38,601 bases of DNA, taken from the NCBI GenBank assembly GCA_001724265.1, contig MEDY01000333.1, positions 1 through 38,601 of the forward strand, given 5' to 3'. The notes under the pieces are model-generated. The model did no database searches. It was not told where the DNA came from and worked only from the letters and a program-made list of their open reading frames with translations. The DNA comes from Rhizaria sp. SCN 62-66. Taxonomy: Eukaryota. The translations under genes and the position numbers were made by a program. Position 1 is the first letter of the stretch. Each line of letters starts with the position of its first letter. Shown here one piece after another: positions 1 through 10,280 of the stretch.

Positions 1-2
1 GG

Positions 3-96
3 TAATCTAGGGATGTTTATTGGGGATGGGGGGTGCCTCAACATCACAAACATGTGGGGTGGGAGAGGCAAACGGCCCAATTCGCGACCCCCGTGT
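3..96 (+). repeat. Left copy of a 94-bp inverted repeat bounding the window
   Basis: 3-96 (TAATCTAGGG...GCGACCCCCGTGT) is the exact reverse complement of 38508-38601; identity stops abruptly after ...CCGTGT. Confidence 0.97.
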
Positions 97-690
97 CAGA
101 CCCGCTGGCACGTTTATGGCAACGATCGGATTTAGTGTCCATCTCCGTAGTTCCATCGTCACGAGCAGATATATTTTAAAATAATGTCGATAAAATGCTA
201 ATATTTTTTAACAAAATGTTGAATTTCGGTTTAACTTGTATTGTGTGGTACAATCAAGGCCATAGTACAGAATAGATGACGCGACCCTAGCATCCGGCCA
301 GCTTTGCTTCCGCAACCTCCAGCAGCATCATTCCCTTATGGAACAACGGCAAAGCTGCATGTGACAGTAACCCAATGTGTTTGTGACAAGGAGGCTTTCT
401 AAAAATGCGCCTTGAGCATGTGATCATCTTCACAGCGAGGCCGGACTGTGGTGCCGTCATCGAAGGTCTAAGTTGATGCAACAAAGTGGCAGATAAACGA
501 ACTAGACAACGCACTATAAGTGAATCTTTTACAGATACACTTGAAAATAGCATCGTTCCTGTTAGTGTTCCAGATTGATTTTCATATATCCTTGATATTA
601 CAAATATCTAACAATTGTTCTCTCTACTGTGTGTTAAACAGCTTTCGCACTCTCAATGAGTGTCTTTTGACCAGGTAGTCAGTAGGCCCA

Positions 691-1382
691 TCAAACAGGG
701 GTAACGCGGACCTTGAGCCCCTTTGGTGCAGCAGGCTTCTTGCGAATCAGCTTGATCACGGGCGCGTCGTCACTCATGCTCGCACTCTTCGCAGCAGGAG
801 CCGCAGCGGGAGCGGAAGCAGTCGCAGGCGCAGGCCGCTTCAACCCCCCCTTGCCGGCGGGACTCGCGATCTCGAACGTGCTGCCGCCCTTGGACGCGCT
901 CACAGCGCCGCTAGCACCGGCACCGGCAGCGCTCTTGCCGCCGACGCGGATGAAGCCCGGCGTGGCGCCGTTGACACCGGCGGCAGCGGGCTTACCGAGG
1001 GCGCCAGCCGTGGCGGCGGCGATGGCGCTCATGGTGAGCTTGCCGGTGCCCACAGTCACCTTGCCGGAAGTGCCCACGGTCGCCTTGCCCACGGTTGCCT
1101 TGTTGGGGGTGATGCCCCCAGCAGCAGCAGTCGCCTTGACAGGAGTGCTCACTGTAGACGCCTTGTTCGGGGTGCCTGTGGTCATAGGCTTAGCAGGGGA
1201 CGCGGGGGTTGAGACATGGGCAGCAGAAGCAGCAGGAGCAGCAGGGGCCTTGTTGTTCGCGAACTTGTTGTTGTTGTTCTGCTTGTTGTTGGCGCTACTA
1301 TTGGCGAGCTTGGTTGGAGCAGGCAGCAAAGTTAAGCCACGAGGAACGGCCACCTTGACACCGCCAGCAGCAGCCCTCGGCG

Positions 1383-1418
<36 letters not shown>

Positions 1419-2730
1419 GGGCAGGGGCAGGAGCGGGGGCAGGGAGCTGGACAAGGCCCTTAGATGGGGCACCTTTAGCCTGGAAGCCCTTCGACGGGTT
1501 CGGCTGGGGGCGAGCTGGCTGAGAGATCACAGAGTGACGATGAGCTGCATACGCGTCGTCGTCATCATCATCCTCATCGTCATCCTCGTCGTCATCTTCG
1601 GCACTGTAGCTGCCACTCGCACTCTCACTCTCACTCTCACTCTCGCTACTATTGTCACTGTGAATGTTGTTGCTGCCGTTGTTCCGGCGGAGGTGGCTCT
1701 GAGGCGCCGCGCCGACCCGGTTCGCGGCCGCGGCAGCCTTGGTCGCGACGTTGCTCGCACTGCTCAGCCGCGCCCAGCGCTCGCTCTTGCTCATGTGCGC
1801 CTGGTGACCGCCGAAGTCTAAGGGGGCACTTAAACCGGAGCCGCTGCCAGCGGCGAGCGCGCCGAGCAGCGCCAGGGCGGGCACCGCCGTCAGGTCGACG
1901 TACGTGCCGGTGAGCGCGATCGCGGTAGCGTCCTCCGCCTCCTCCTCAGCGCGCACCTCGGCGCCGCTGCCGGCAGCGGACGCGGACTGCGCGAGGGTCT
2001 TGGCGAGCGTGGGGAAAGTCAGGCCGGGGGGCGCGGTGCGGCTTAACTTGAGCACGAGCGCGGACCCGGGCGGAATGAGGTGGAAGAGCTGCGCCGACGG
2101 CCGCAGCGGCGTCACGTGGCACAGCGGCAGGTCCACACTGCTGCTCGCAGTCGCCGCTGAGCTACCAGCGGCAACGGCCTTGTCCCCGGCAGCTTTGGCA
2201 GTGCTGGCCGGTGTAGTGGCGAGCAGCGACACGCCCCAGTGGTTGCTGAGCGCCGCATCGCTTGCGCTGGGCGACTGCAGCGCGAACCGGGGCGCGGCGG
2301 CGGCCGCGGCGGCCGCGGCCGCGGCGGCGGACGCGGCGGCCACCGACCGGTCCTGCCCCGGCTTTCCGCCCTTGCCATCCTTGCCAGACTTGCCAGCGGC
2401 GGACTTAGGATCGCGACCGTTGCTGCGGCGGTGCGCGGCGGCGGCGGCAAGCACGGCGGCCTCAGCAGCGGCGGCAGCGGCGGCGACGGCGGCGGCCGCG
2501 GCAGCCTCGGCCTTGGCCTTGGCCTTCTTGCCGCCCTTGGTCACGAAGAGAGGCCGGTGCGAGGTCGGGTCCGCGCGCTTCAGGTACACCAGCGAAGCGA
2601 AAGCGGCCGACGTTAGCAGGATGGCCGACGTCGGGGGCGCGCGTAGGGTTGTGGTCCTGCCCGTGGAGATGATGGCGCCGAAAGGGCCGGTCGCGGGCAC
2701 CGCGGGTGCGGGGCACAAGAGCGAGGCCAT
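691..2730 (-). CDS. Low-complexity Ala/Lys-rich protein with a probable nucleoplasmin-like (NPL, FKBP39/HD-tuin type) N-terminal domain and an acidic tract
   Basis: 679-aa ORF ending in TGA. Segments FGAIISTG, LLTSAAFA, LPLCHVTPLRPSAQL and IALTGTY follow the order expected for an NPL beta-sandwich, then an SESESE/DDDEDDD acidic tract and a basic tail. A short upstream exon is possible (CAG acceptor near 2738-2740). Family call is tentative. Confidence 0.5.
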
Positions 2731-3310
2731 ACTCGGACTGGACAGGGAGCGAGACGGAAAAAGAGTTCAGTTGAGCAAAATCGCAATAGATAGAAGTTTA
2801 AATATTATAATTGAATGTGTATGTCATATTGTTTGCAGTATTGTTGTCTGACTTGTGAATGACGATAAAAATAGCGCGCATTTGCTTAGCCGCAAACACC
2901 CTTCATTTCAGGACCGACCTACAACACCGTCTTTCCATTTGGTTTGGTGACCCATGAGCGAACAAATGAAATGCGACTTTTTATGCATGTAAAGCACTGT
3001 AAACTGCAACTGAGATCGCGAATCCGAAATATACTATCGACTATCGAGTGAAACATCTTACGAGCGCTTCTTTTATTTTAAAACTTATTTATTTACCACT
3101 TAGCGCAGCTATCGTTGTCGTCATCTCCAGTATCATATCATCATTTTGTTGTTGTTTTTGTTTTGTTTTCATAAATTGTATGCATAATGTCGATTGTAAC
3201 ATGTTATTCTTGTTAGTATTCCACGACATCGATCCGTAGTCAGTAGTAATGCGTACGGATACAAAAGTGACCTCATCCGCGTCCGGCGCCGACACTGCAC
3301 AGCGGTGCAC

Positions 3311-3829
3311 TTAGAGCTCCTTGAAAGCGGTGCGGATGGAGTTGTAGAGGGACTGGAAGTCGGCGTTGATGACCTCAGCGTCGAGGTGGGGCAGCTTGAA
3401 CTTCATGTTGTTCGTGAGGGCCGTAAACTGCCCCTTCATCTTCTTGCGCAGGTCCTCAGCCCGGCGCCGGGCTTTCTCCTGGACCGTGAACATGGAGTCA
3501 CGGCCGCGATGGAGGGCGGCGACGGCACGGGGCGTACTGTTGCGGCCAAGGACCATATCGGCAACGTTGACATCCTTGATAGCCTTGAGTGAGCCATCAA
3601 TCATGCGGACGGAGGTGCCCTTGGCAAAGCGGCCGACGTAGATAATGCACTGCGAGTTAGAGTGCTTCGACAGCGCCTGCGAGATGCACGTCTTGCCGCA
3701 GCCGAAGGCGCCGGGGATGGCGCAGGTGCCGCCGGAGGGGAAGAGCGAGTCGAGCACACGCTGGCCCATCAGGAACGGGTACTCGGAGGGGAGCTTCTCC
3801 GCCGCCGGACGGGGCTTGCGCACGGGCCA
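3311..3829 (-). pseudogene. VMA1: Truncated V-ATPase subunit A duplicate containing an intein N-terminal remnant
   Basis: [34 protein letters not shown] (Walker A)..IIYVG, then intein-like sequence, then a jump to the last ~47 codons (LRKKMK..FKEL-TAA). Lacks the 5' exons and most of the C-terminal half. Confidence 0.9.
3453..3631 (-). mobile_element. VMA1-type (VDE/PI-SceI-like) intein, N-terminal Hint fragment, degenerate (Cys1 to Arg)
   Basis: [53 protein letters not shown] follows IIYVG directly, the yeast VMA1 intein site. It aligns without gaps to the PI-SceI N-terminus as I recall it (CFAKGTNVLMADGS...PREVIKLPRGRETMYSV). Confidence 0.9.
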
Positions 3830-4469
3830 AGAGTGAAACATCTTACGAGCGCTTCTGTTATTTTAAAACTTGTTTATTTACCACTTGGCGCCATAACAAA
3901 GCGTACGAGCAGGTCAGTGAAGTTATAAAGACACTCCACGACGCTTGCCCTGCGCTCTGACACCGCGCCAATCGCAACCCAACTTACTAAAGAAAGCGAA
4001 AGAAAGAAAAGATAGAGAAAACGACTGACAGACGAGACGAACAAAGTCGAACCTTGCTTCAATGTCATCGTCACATTTACATAGCAGCAGCCAAGAAAGA
4101 AGAAAAGCAAGCGCAGGCAAACAACAAACAACACGTAGCATCTTGTGTAAAGAAAAATAAACAAAAGAAAATCCGTATCACGTGCTGTTGTTATTGATGC
4201 GCCGACACACACTCCGCTCCCACTCAGCCGCTGCAGAACTGTGTTTTGCAACCAAGACTTGAGCAAAGACTGCCTTTGTCCAACAGCTATCGTTGTCGTC
4301 ATCACCAGTATCATATCATCATTTTGTTTTTGTTTTTGTTTTGTTATCATATGTTGTTCTTGTTATTATTCCACATCGATCCGAAGTCAGTAGGAATGCA
4401 TACTGACACGAAACTGACCTCATCCGCGTCCAGCGCCGACACTGCACAGCGGTGCACTGAGCGGTGCAC

Positions 4470-6819
4470 TTAGAGCTCCTTGAAAGCGGTGCGGATAGAG
4501 TTGTAGAGGGACTGGAAGTCGGCGTTGATGACCTCGGCGTCGAGGTGGGGCAGCTTGAACTTCATGTCCGTGAGGGCCGTAAACTGCACCTTCATCTTCT
4601 TGCGCAGGCGGTCCCACGTGAGGCGCGGCTCGGCCTGGTCCTTGGTGAGCGCGACGTACGCCAGCTCGTAGAAGGTCGCCATGTTCTTGAGCATCCACGC
4701 CGTCTTGATCAACGGGCAGTTGTAGTCCCACTCGGAGAAGGCGTTCTGCATGAGGTAGTCTTCGCGGATAAGACGCGCCATATCGAGCTGGAGCTTCTGC
4801 TCCTCGCCGAGCGAGTCCTTGCCGACGAGCTGGACGATCTCCTGCAGCGCCTTCTCGCGACCCAGCACGGTCTTGAACACCTGCACGTTCTTGAGGTACT
4901 CGGGGTTGGTCTTGTTGTAGAAGGCCGCGAGACCGCGCTCGTACTTGGTGAAGGAGATGTTCCAGTTGACGGAAGGGAAGTGCTTCTTCTGCGCGAGCTT
5001 CTTGTCGAGGCCCCAGAAGACCTGGACGATGTCGAGCGTGGCAGTGGTGACGGGGTCGGAGAAATCACCGCCGGGGGGCGAGACGGCGCCAACGATGGTG
5101 ACGGAGCCCGTGAGTCCGTTGCCGATGCACTTGACGCGGCCGGCGCGCTCGTAGAAGTTGGCGAGACGCGAGGCGAGGTAGGCGGGGTAACCGGCATCAC
5201 CGGGCATCTCACCGAGACGGCCGGAGATTTCACGGAGGGCCTCGGCCCAGCGGGAAGTAGAGTCGGCCATCATGGCGACGTCGACACCCTGGTCGCGGAA
5301 GTACTCGGCAAGCGTGATGCCCGTGTAGATCGAGGCCTCACGGGCAGCGACGGGCATGTTGGAGGTGTTGGCGACGAGGCAGGTGCGCTCCATGATGGAC
5401 ACCTTCTCGCCGTCGACCTCAGTAAAGAGGGCCGGGAACTCCTCAAGCACTTCGGCCATTTCGTTTCCACGCTCGCCGCAGCCCACGTAGATAATGCACT
5501 GCGAGTTAGAGTGCTTCGACAGCGCCTGCGAGATGCACGTCTTGCCGCAGCCGAAGGCGCCGGGGATGGCGCAGGTGCCGCCGAGGGGAGCTTCTCCGCC
5601 GCCGGACGGGGCTTGCGCACGGGCCAGTAGTGGTACATGCGGAGCTCGACCGTCTTGCCCTTCTTGTTACGGAGGGTGCCGATGACGTCGTCGATCGTGT
5701 ACTGGCCCGCGCCGGCGAGCGAGATGAGCGTGCCGGCGACGTTCGGGGGCACGAGGATGCGGTGCTCCTTGAAGAGCGAGTTCTCGTGGACGACGCCGAG
5801 AATGGAGCCGCCGGTGACGATGTCGCCCGCGCCGAGCCCGGGGGTGGGCTTGAAGTCCCACAGCTTCTTGTGGTCGAGCGACTGCACCTGCACGCCACGG
5901 GGGATGAAGACCGACTTGGAGACCTCGGCAATGGTCGTCAGGGGACGCTGAATACCGTCGAAGATGGCGTTCATGATACCGGGGCCGAGCTCGACCTGGA
6001 GGGGCGCGCCCGTGCGCTCGACGGGGTCGCCGATGGTGAGGCCGGAGGTGTCCTCGTAAACCTGGATGAAGGCAGTGTCGTTGATGAGCTTAATGATCTC
6101 ACCGACGATCTTGAACTCACCGACACGGACGAGCTCGTACATACCAGCACCGGACATCTGGTCGGCAACGACGACTGTACGTGTGCGAGTGTGATATTGT
6201 GTGACATTATATCATCATGCATGAAGCCCGAGAGCGACGTGGGGTGGCGCAGAGCCAAGAGGCGAGGACAAAAAATGAGAGCCAGATGGAAAAGGGAAAG
6301 AGAATTATTACATGAGGTGGTGTGGGAAGAGATAAGAAATTGAATACTAGTGTGACATTGCTGTAGAAACGATGCGGGAGCGAGAAACTGGAGGGCAATG
6401 TTGGCCGCTCGAAGGCCTGTTGACTCGAAAGTGCGACGAGGCGATTAGGGATAAAAGAGGGGATTCAATGCGGAAGACGTACGGGGACCGGAGACACGCT
6501 GGACACGACCAGTGCCAAGGACCTGAGTCTCATGGGTAGCCGGCGACTGAGCCTCAACTGTGAGCGGAAATGGGGGGAAAAATGAACGTTTGGGGAAAAT
6601 GTGAGGAGGGGACGGGAGCCGTGATGAGGTCGGGGGCATGACAAACAATGCGATCATCTCACTGCACGCATCACGAGACTCGCATGGGAAGAAATGGCGC
6701 ATAGATATTCGCGTCGCAAGCAGCCACACAAAGCTGGGAACGCGTGCAGCTACGTTGAGGGGCAGAACAACGATGCATTGGGAAGCTGGCCGAGCGAGGA
6801 ACGTACCTTCAGTAGACAT
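4470..6819 (-). pseudogene. VMA1: V-type H+-ATPase catalytic subunit A, intein-free, with a frameshifting deletion near 5583 (exons 6819-6807, 6557-6483, 6174-4470)
   Basis: Spliced model reads [40 protein letters not shown]; in another frame [54 protein letters not shown]. The conserved [17 protein letters not shown] segment is missing and the frame shifts there. TAA stop. The lesion could be an assembly artefact. Confidence 0.85.
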
Positions 6820-7034
6820 TGTGGCTAACCTAATTGGAGCAGAGGAACACGTGCACAGAAAACAGGAATAAGGCGGAAAGGTAAGAAACACGCGTGAATA
6901 TCGCCAGATAAAAACAAAAACAAGCCCACTACATGAAAACAGGAGAACGACGACATTTTGCCTACGCCCCACACCTACTCTCTCGTCGTCGCCCGCCGGT
7001 CGGGGACTCGGGTTGACGATTCGGTCTCCCAGAG

Positions 7035-7073
7035 ATGACCGTGAGCAAGACACAGCGGCTTGCTCACGGTCAT
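7035..7073. promoter_or_regulatory. Perfect 15-bp inverted repeat of the motif TGACCGTGAGCAA in the divergent VMA1/N6AMT1 intergenic region
   Basis: ATGACCGTGAGCAAG (7035-7049), 9-nt spacer, CTTGCTCACGGTCAT (7059-7073). Regulatory role is inferred from position and recurrence. Confidence 0.55.
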
Positions 7074-7335
7074 GGACTTTCGAGGAGTGATATGTGGAGG
7101 AAACGAAAAAACAACGCTTTATGTTACTTATCGTTAATTTTAGACTATATTATTACAGTAGCCTACATTATAAAGTGAGTTCTTATATGAAATACTGATA
7201 TTTTCTCTATTGACGGATGTTATCCCAGTTTAGTTCTCCATAAACAGTCGAAGACCGCTTTCTCAGGTCCATCTCCCCGGCTTTCATCTTTCTAGCGTGC
7301 TCTAATCAGTCGTTCGGACTGCGTGTGTGTGCAAG

Positions 7336-9899
7336 ATGTCTGACTTTGACCCAACCCTGCCGCTAGCGCACGACATTCGCGTCCGTGACCCAGGTATGTC
7401 CCGCGTGTGCCCTTGCCCTACTCCACCTTCAAGTCCATGCATTCCTCTCTCGTTCCCCCCCGCTAACTAGCTGTCACCCAATGCCAACAACTCGCACCTG
7501 CTTCAGACCTCTCTCACATCACGCGTGATGAGTATGATCTTATTTATGAGCCCTCTGAGGACTCATTCATGATGATGGAGGCCTTTGAGCGCGACCTCAA
7601 CGTCCTCCGCTTCCTCCTCCCGTCGCAGTCGTCAACGCACTCGCAGTCGAACGCAGAGAACACCAACAGCACAACAACAAGCACCGCCAACGCGGGCGTG
7701 CAGCAGAGGCCCGTTCTGCTTGAGGTTGGCCCTGGCAGCGGCATTCTGTCCTGCTATCTCAGGCTCTTGCTGCAAGCATCTACTCCTCTCGCGCTCCCTC
7801 GCAAACGTGACGCTCGCGACAGTGGGTGCTCGAATTCTCACGGTGCGTCTGTGTGCAGTGATTGCGGTGACTTGCGCGTGTTTGCGCCGCTTTCTCTTGC
7901 CGCAGACCTGAACCCCACCGCCGCCGCACTCTCAGCCCTCACGCTCGCGCGCCACTGCAACAGCAGCAGCGGCGCCAACAAAGCAACTGGTCCTGCCAAG
8001 TCGACGGCTGTTGCAGCTGGCGACTGCGGCACCGCAGTTGACAAGAAGGCGCTGAACACAGAGTGTGGCCCCACTGACCCCGTGCGACCTAACTTTGACG
8101 TCCGGCGCTCGGACCTCCTCTCCTCTTTTCCCCCACCGCAAGCCGACACGTGTACCGACAGCTCACAGTCTCCCGACACATGCCCCCAGTTGCAGTCGCA
8201 GTCGCCGAGCGCGACGATGCCCCCTGTGGACGTGCTGTTGTTCAACCCGCCGTACGTGCCGTCCTCGGCCGCCGAGACCGCGCACGAGGACGTGTACGTG
8301 CGCAGCTACGCCGGCGGCGCCAGGGGGCGCGCCGTGCTCGACCAGCTCGTGCCCCGGCTCAGGCCCTACCTGGCCAGGCTGAGGGCCACCGGTGGTTGCT
8401 AGCCGTGCGACCCCGCCTCTGCTGCTGAGGCAGTGTCTGCGACGACTGGTAATGCTGCTGCTGGCGCTGATGCTGCTGCTGATGCTGATGCTGCTGCGGC
8501 TGCAGCGCTGGCATCGGCCGCTCTGGCACAGCCCCTGACAGCTGTGTGCTACTTTGTTGTCATGTTGCCGTACAACGACGTTCCTTCGCTGTTGCCTTTT
8601 ATCCACGCGCACAGCCGCGGCTTAACTTCGCACTCGGTCGTCGCGCGCGTCGAAGGCATCGAAACACTCTGCATCATGCGCTTCGCCGACCCCAGGTGGA
8701 TGCGGCTTAACTTACCGGCGCAGCTCAGGGGCGGGTGCTCGGCGCAGGTGCAACAGAACAGCACCTCGCTGCCACAGCCGCAGTCGAAGGAAGGAGTGAC
8801 ACCCCCGCAAGCATTAGGCCTGCGCTTCCCTGTGATGACCACTTACACTGGGTCTAAGAGTGAGCAAGCTGCTGTGTCGAATGACAACGGCCCTCCGCTG
8901 ATGTCGGTGTGTATGCACCACGGCCTAACTTGCCGCAGGTACCTCCAGGCTCTGGAACAAGTCGCCCGAGTGACCAGCAACATCAGTGACGGCAGCCACT
9001 GCGACCTGTGCGCGTGTCCCTGCAGCGACTGCGAGGCAGTCTTTGACGCCGCAAACGCGAGCCCGGCCGCTGCCGCGAGCAGCGGCACGGGCAACGCGCA
9101 CTGCCTCCCGCCGGGCTGGGACCTGACGAGCGTGTTTGCCCACTTCACCGACGACGGCGCCGCGGCTGTCTACGTCGCACTGCCCCCGCGCCCAGTCTCC
9201 AGCAGCGGCATTCCCGAGCGGCCGCCGCCGTGCGCGCTCGCCAGCTCTACCTTTGTGGTGATGCTAGACGGGCGCAACACCGTGGTGCCCTCCGTGGCCG
9301 CCGCCGCCGCGCTGGCCGCCGCGGCGGCGCATGGCGCGGACTCCGGCGATGCGACGTCGCGGCCGCAGCCCTCGGCGGCCACGGGCAGCACCACGCTCGC
9401 GGTGCTCAACCCCACTGCGCTCCACAACGACGATAACATCAGCAGCATCGGCGGTGGCGGGACGGAGAGTAGCGCTGCTGAGCAGCAGGTGCAGTGCCAG
9501 TCGCGGCGGCCGCGGGGCACGGCGGGGTATCGCGTGGTCATGAGCGGCCGCGGGGAAGTGCCTCTGCCGCCGGCCGAGTGCGCGCGGTCGTTTGATTACC
9601 GCGCTCGGCCCCCCTGCGCACAGCCACAAGCTCCACATACAGCTAGTGATAAACAGTCATCGGTTGCGAAGGAGTGGCGGGTGTGCAAGTGCCGCTGGGT
9701 TCATCCCGGTGAAGCCGCTGCGGCCGCTGAGGCCAAGGCTAAAGCCGAAGCCAAGGCGGCTGCGGCAGCTGCTGCTCAGGCCGAGGTCGAGACAGCTGTG
9801 AGCACTGCCAAGGCGGTTGACAACGACGAGAGCGAAAGCGAAGGCGACACGGAGAGTGACGCCAGCGACGACGAGGGTGGATTTGCGGTCATGTTTTGA
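7336..9899 (+). CDS. N6AMT1: eRF1 Gln N5-methyltransferase (N6AMT1/HemK2/Mtq2 family) with insertions and a long C-terminal extension; in-frame TAG at 8400-8402 (exons 7336-7393, 7507-9899)
   Basis: PDLSH..IYEPSEDSF, LEVGPGSG (SAM motif I), DLNP, DVLLFNPPYVPS and YAGGARGRAVLD precede the TAG. The family's final strands (CYFVV..N..VVARVEGIETLCIMRF) follow it in the same frame. TGA stop; 816 aa if TAG is read. Confidence 0.85.
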
Positions 9900-10280
9900 C
9901 AATGAAACACTGTGTTTCTGCTCGCAATAATGTTATATAGTCTTTATATGTTTAACTGCAACAATACACTCAGTAACGTTGGCCAGAACATTCGGAGAGA
10001 TTAGTTTGACTGAGAATGATTACTATGGAGAGTTTTGTTTATTGATGAGAACAAAGGCGTTTTGTACAGACCTAGTGTACATAAAACAATGCGCTACGTA
10101 ACACAACACAGATAAAATCTTTGATATTTTGTGTTGTTGGTGATGTGGGTGGAAGGAAACATGCGAAAGACAATGGCAAGTCAAGACTATAGACCGGAAC
10201 AAATCAGGGGGGAGAGAGCTACTACACTGCGACTAGGCACTTAGTCGAGTCCAATGCACTTAGCGGCTGTCATGGTGTAC

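Larger units (their letters stand above)
3046..3830. repeat. Tandem partial duplicate of the V-ATPase A gene 3' part plus downstream flank (partner copy 3831 to ~5627)
   Basis: GAGTGAAACATCTTACGAGCGCTTC starts at both 3046 and 3831. The 3' flank and coding pieces are near-identical to the partner apart from internal deletions. Confidence 0.92.

Noticed and set aside
287-553. 88-aa ORF next to the left repeat, as a possible transposase fragment
   Set aside because: No recognisable motif and it lacks the GC-rich codon bias of real genes here.
3311-5630. Split-intein trans-splicing or programmed unscrambling that rebuilds V-ATPase A from the two copies
   Set aside because: Intein Cys1 is mutated, no C-intein partner is visible, and the duplicate has no promoter or 5' exons and carries its own lesions.
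6445-7053. 202-aa ORF upstream of V-ATPase A
   Set aside because: It is a mix of the two short V-ATPase A 5' exons, intron and promoter sequence.
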